A stretch of DNA of 64,000 bases, taken from Bugula neritina. Taxonomy: Eukaryota > Animalia > Bryozoa. Under the pieces are notes generated by a model. It was not told the DNA's origin. It did not search any database and saw nothing but the letters and a program-made list of their open reading frames with translations. The first letter of the stretch is position 1. The number at the start of each line of letters is the position of its first letter. The stretch covers positions 14,021,675 to 14,085,674 of the forward strand of contig OZ037768.1 of assembly GCA_964035545.1 (NCBI GenBank), written 5' to 3'. Positions 58,132 through 64,000 of the stretch are shown piece by piece. The translations under genes and the position numbers were made by a program.

Positions 58132-61100
58132 TTAATGAAGATGAGTAACATGCACTCTGGACTTAATTCTCTTGCATTGTAATCTCTTTATCATTGGTCT
58201 GTATATATCACTAGTGAGCGGTAACACCATGCCATGCCTTTGAATCTCACCTAAAGTTTAAAAACGACCTTAGTTTCAAACAGGTATTTTAACGATATAA
58301 AAAATAAACTTTGTTCAGAAGCTACACTTTCTCTTCAAATAAATACTAAGCAGCATTTATAAGCATTTAAAATACAAAATCAACTGACCTTCCAGAACCA
58401 TCTTCGCGGCTATAGCAGTAGGATAGCCAACAGTCTTGGCCATTGCCGAAAAGCCACCTTCATGATCCTGATCTCCATACACTACCAGGTCAATATGGTG
58501 CATATCTCTTTTACCATCTGGCCATCTAATGCCCACATCATGTCTCATTATAATCATGTCATACTCTTTGTCACCTGAAAGATAATTGCGAGAAAGCATA
58601 GATAGATGTAAATAAACATGAGAAGTAAAAACCAATATTAAGCTATGTGAGTATGAGAATATGAAATGGCCCAACACATTAGAATCAAAATCTAATTTCC
58701 AAAATAAAATAGACTGTATTGCATCACCCTGATGAATGCTTTCATCCTCCAAGTTAAACAGATATTAGAATTCATAAGAAGTTGTAGAAGCACATGATGT
58801 GCTGTGACCAAATGCACTTTATACACATCACCACTCATTATTAGAGGATGTGAGCTGACAGCTTAAGTGAACAGTTGCATGCGTGCTCATTTAGGTTACA
58901 ACTGCTCTTTCAATTAAATACTTTAGAAGATCATTGGACACTGACATCTTTGTATAACTAGAAAACCTGGGTATTACATAACGTTATAAGCACTGAAAAA
59001 TATATTATAATATGGTTGAGAGAAAAAGTTTTAAATGCACAATACCTTAATGATACTTTGCTGACAATGTTTGCTTTCCTATACCAAATGATCCATTTAC
59101 AATATATGTGCCAAGCCACCGTATATATTAAGTTGAGTAAATAAATATCAAGCTTCCAAATGATAAAGAAAAGTTGAATGTTCAACAACTTTTAAATACA
59201 TTAATTCCATTTCAAGTTTTGCTATATTTTTAAAACTTAATAATAGATTATCATAATATAGAAACTCTGTAAAGTGTAAACTGATGGTTATGGCAAATAT
59301 TTCCATGTTAATATAGTGATCTAATCTATCTAGCTGTTACAGCTCATCTACTCAATTGGTGAGAAGATATTATTTGGTTGAACATAAACTGAAAGGAGTA
59401 GGAGTTACCATAAGCCAGTTTCTTGTTTAAGTAGTTAGACACTGTATCAATTGCAGTTCCCTTCTTATCTATTTCCTCATCAGATAGTAAACCCAACCTA
59501 CACATCACAAAACAACATTATGAATCCAGAAATCAGGCTGGGTAGGTAATTATACAAGGTATGAGCCCATACAAGATAATAAAAACAGCAGAGAATTAAC
59601 AAACATACTGTAGTATAGCGCGAAGTTGAACTTCATCATGTCCCAGAGTTTCTGCTAGCTTGTCTTTAGCCGTTTCAAACATTACGTCTCGAGCCAGTCC
59701 TAGCTTATCGCAAATAAACTCTTTCTACGAAATGCAAAAACACACACTTAAAATAGAACTATGGCAAGGGATGTGTATTTTACTGAAATACAATTCCAAT
59801 CTGCACTTTTTGCTAACTGTACATTGAGATCAGGTAAACATAATAAAAAATTTCAAGATTAAAACAATTGTTCTATTTTATATTCCTCATAAACTAAACT
59901 GGTGAGCTAAATTATTTATTACGAGTATTATATACAAAGATTTATATGAAAGTTACTTTATTGATCACCAAAAATTACTACCCCTATCCATGTAAATGAC
60001 AGAGCATAAATATCACTATGATTTATATCTCAATATAACTCGAACCCATGTAATTGAAGGTCCTTTGGGATGGAGACTGGGTATTTCCCCATCTTCTGTC
60101 AGCTGAAGTGCCACAAGAGCTTTGGCAGCATCAGAAAATCCTTTAAACCTAAAATATTGGAATGATGAATATAATTTATGCTAACAAAATTCAAATACGC
60201 TAACTTTTAGAAACATAACAGCATGCACTTATAAGGCTATATAAATCTTCTTTTTAATTTATTATTAGTATTATTATATAATTCAAAACTGTCCAGTGAC
60301 TACATAATAAGGACCAAATATTTTAGATTTCAGACTAATATACTAAAGTCCAGAATACCTGATCAATCTTAAAAACTACAGTGTTCCTTTCAGACAATAT
60401 GTAGGGGAAGCCAGGTAATTTGAGCCAGGGCATATTTGAGAAAAACTGTTCAATAAACAGAGTTGGCTTTTTATGTACACAGGGACACTCACAAGTGTGG
60501 CATATTTTTTCCTGTTCTTTTCTAAGCTGAATGGTAAGTAAATTATTTCACATCTACCTGTTTGTTGAACAAAAAGTAAATTTCATGGCCTGTATGCCAA
60601 GTTATATGGCTTTAGTCCAATTTGAGAAAACCTGGTCAAAGTTTCTGCATTTCTTTAGGATCATGCTAGCTACAGTTGCATGTTAAAAAGGAAAGCCTGC
60701 GTTGAATTTTTACTCCCGCTTTAACATTTTCCTTCAGAATGACACCTTGGGGTAATTTGAGCCATTCAGTTTGAGGCAAATTGAGCCACGACTCAAATTA
60801 CCTCATGAATAAGTTATTACAGCATTATTAGTTTTTGTAGTTAAAACTAGTTCTGTAGCCCTTGAACTTACTTACAGAAGATAAAGTAAAGAAAGCTGCC
60901 TGTATAATAGTTGAGGAAAAGTGCAGTATAAGACAGGCTGCAGAAACCTATGGAGTGGACAGAATGGTTCTAAAGCGTTATTTTGATAAGGAAAGCTAGG
61001 GTATGAAATCACCAATGCTGCAAAGAGAGTGTTCGCTACTGAGGAAGAGAAACTAATGGCTGACCATCTCAGAGCTTTGAATGCAAAGAAGCGACAAAGT

Positions 61101-63984
61101 TGTAAAACTTCAAAAAAGGCTCCTGTTAGAAAGAATCTTAGTAGTTTTACTAAAGAGTAGACTTTGGGCTGGCCTCGTTGGCTGTTGTGAATATTTGTCA
61201 CATATTGACGCTAATTTACTGTTGCATCTACAGCAGTTGATGTATTTTAACCTTTGAAATAAATGTAATATTACTATAATCAGTAAAAATACTTGATTAA
61301 AACATAACTGTGTGTGTTAATTTGGCGACCCACACAGCTCAAATTATCCTCAATATGAGGCAATTTGAGCCGCACAATAGGGCGTTGCTATTATTATAGG
61401 CTTAAAGTTTTTTTGGTGCTGTAAACCAAAAATTTGTTAAGTATTTACAATAGCAAACAGGTGCATTTGTATGTGTAACCAATGTTAGTGCTCAATCCAC
61501 AGTATTTTGTTTGATACATAGAAAAAGGTGAAAAACGGCCCAAATTACCTCTGCTTTCCATAGGTGTCTGCTTTTTACAATTTAGCAAATTTGTAGTTAG
61601 CTTTCCATTGAAGTAATCCTCTTAATTTAAAAAATGAAAGCTGCTAGTTGATCAGTCTAGCAAGATGAGACAAAGCTATTAAATTTCACTAGTAATTGCT
61701 ATTTAGTAACATATATGCAATAGTTACATAAACTATGTTACTCAACCTTTATAAATACTTTATGATTATCGGCTGATTGATGAACATTTTGTGATACAGT
61801 TAGCAATACTTGAAGTAAAGAGAAGTTTAATAACTTTGTTTCTATTTTGATGAGTTCTTTATAATCTACCTCAAAGTGCCTCGAAGGATGGTGTGTGCAT
61901 CCTCAATACCATAGATACTACGGTATGCAGTTGAGTCACGATTAGGAAAACCTTCTAGGTTGAAGCCAGGTAGAAAGTCTAGATTCTTAGCATTATACAG
62001 CAAATCACCACCTGCGGCAATTTCTTGTACCTGTAATTAATATACATCAATTGATTAACCAACAGTTTATTTTCCTACAACTATTTTACACTGTTAACTA
62101 AATTGATTATCTCAACAGCGCAACACAATGAAAACAACGAAAAATAAAAATCTTAGTAAAAAGTTGTACTAGAGATGTTTTAGTTACTACCAACATTTCA
62201 GTAAAATTGTGTTTTGCAGAACTTATAGGAAGAAGAAAATTTGCTTCAGCAATAATTTGCTATAATTCTACCACATAGCAAAATCTTATAATGATAATAT
62301 GTATATATAGGGAGAAAGTATATGAGAAAACTGATACTTAAATTATTATAACACTATGGAGATTTATATGCATGTAGTTTGCTAACCTCGTTATTATCCA
62401 ACCATTTAGCACCCGCTTTCAAGTTGTTTAACACTCCTTTGGGACTCCAGCTAAACCTATATCTACAACAGCAAAGCATATCAGCTGAAAAAATCCTCAA
62501 ATATACTAAATTTTGTCAGTTGATCAATTTAACTATAAGTTTACTTTGTCAGTTTAGAACTCCCAACTTTAGTCATATAAATCACTTACATAAAGCCCTG
62601 CCTTTTTCTAGCTGTTAATAACAGGACGGTTCACAAAATGAGCTTCAATACTATGCCAGATTGCCAGCTATAAAACAACTAATACTTCTTGAGGAATTTA
62701 AAGTTAGCCAAATTTTCTGAACAACAAATGCAAATTACAAACCTTAGAGGGTTTGCGGAAAAGTCTGCTGCAGGCAATCCCCCACACCAGGAGACAAATG
62801 ACTCTATCTTACCACCTCTCTGGTCAGCTTCTCTGAAGCAGTCCATAGCCAGCAGGTGATCAATTCCTGGATCAACACCAACCTCATTCACAATAGTGAC
62901 ACCAGCATCCATTGCTCTACAAGTTCAAATATCAAAGCTAACCAAGTTAACATATCATTTAGATAAAATATATTCTCTCCATTTAGAGAGGAAATTTAAC
63001 TTACAACAAGGCATGGCATACTCATATTTCGAACCGCAAACACTCAGAATTTACAATTAAACTTTTAGCACCACATATAAATTTGTGATCCAACAAGTTG
63101 CAATGAATTAACCTCGTTTGGGACCTCCTGATTTTAACATAGATTATATTCAATAGACACTATGTAGATGGGCAAACTAAATTGTATCACGTAAAATTGT
63201 TACTGATATGAATTAAAAGATACTGACGCCCTGTGGAGTTCAGACATCTGTGGGCTGAGATAGCTGGCTGTTACCATGTCTCGCTTATGTTTGATGCACA
63301 TCTCAGCAATTTGGGGGTGAAAGGCGTAGGGAAGCAGACTTATGGTGAGATCATGATCTGCTATCATCTTCTCAATTGGCTCCATGTCTTTCTTCATATC
63401 CATGAGCACAGGAGTTGTGTTTTGGAACCTGCTGGCTAGAGCATCTACTTCGTGCTGGAGGGCTGAGGCTACATCAACACAGACATTATTTATAAATGGC
63501 TGCATTGTTCCCTGAGGGAAACTGCTAGAATGTAAAGCGTTTTTACCTGAAATACGATTGCAAACTATATGGCAATCGGTAAGTGGAGAATGGTCTTTTC
63601 TGTAAAAAATCTTTGACAATAGGTTTGAATTAATTATTCCATTTGTATTTTGAATTTAAAAAAACATGCAGATAATTTTAATGCCTGAAGGACTTTTGAT
63701 GCTATAAATCATTCACATCGGTTGTTTTACTAAGTGCTTGATGGAAATTTACTCATCACAAAGCTGTACATTTAGCAGTATAGATAAACTATCAAGAATT
63801 ATGTATGATGAGTTAAAATGATTTACTGATGACATATTAAATGCAATTATTCAGTTTACACACACCTACTGTGACAGCCACTCCCTCATCTGTGAGGTAC
63901 TGTACGCAGGGTGCAGACACATAACCTGCTCCTAGAACCAGTACTTTCTTCATTGAGCTCTCCAATCTCTTGCTATGTTTAGCT
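58132..63984 (-). CDS. AASS: Alpha-aminoadipic semialdehyde synthase, saccharopine dehydrogenase half (5' exons beyond the right edge)
   Basis: [80 protein letters not shown]. Stop TAA at 58132-58134. The exon ending at 63984 starts in phase 2, implying upstream exons. Confidence 0.95.
60404..61560 (+). mobile_element. Internally deleted pogo/Tigger-like DNA transposon in an AASS intron
   Basis: TA|GGGGAAGCCAGGTAATTTGAGCC ... GGCCCAAATTACCTCTGCTTTCCA|TA. Internal AATTTGAGCC repeats. Remnant HTH/CENP-B-like peptides [11 protein letters not shown] and [15 protein letters not shown] at about 60920-61080. Confidence 0.8.
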
Positions 63985-64000
63985 CTACATTATAGAAAGT

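Overview
AT-rich, intron-containing DNA from an invertebrate animal (species not determinable from sequence). Host genes in order: beta-catenin (minus, 3' end runs off the left edge), nephrocystin-3/NPHP3 (minus), a small secreted SVWC+ShKT cysteine-rich gene (plus), an unrecognised 362-aa coiled-coil gene (plus), and the saccharopine-dehydrogenase half of AASS (minus, 5' part off the right edge). Positions 29-53.5 kb are a transposon cluster. Element A is an old, decayed Ty3/Gypsy element (29221-39805) whose 5' LTR was hit by a LINE fragment and by a young element B (34414-39728). Element C (46054-53507) is a young full-length relative of B. The most striking signal is that B and C, despite dissimilar LTRs, share a complex-retrovirus-like layout: tRNA-Leu PBS, a GTTAAAC -1 frameshift site with a GC hairpin, and a third gene after pol. 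That gene encodes a zinc-finger + coiled-coil protein, not Env, and has matching phase-1 splice signals in both elements (donor after gag codon 14, acceptor before the finger region). B has lost RT, RNase H and the integrase core by two in-frame deletions but keeps Gag with its zinc knuckle, protease and the integrase Zn domain. C has all pol domains, though two stops interrupt integrase, and its Gag knuckle is degenerate. All coordinates and alignments were made by eye.
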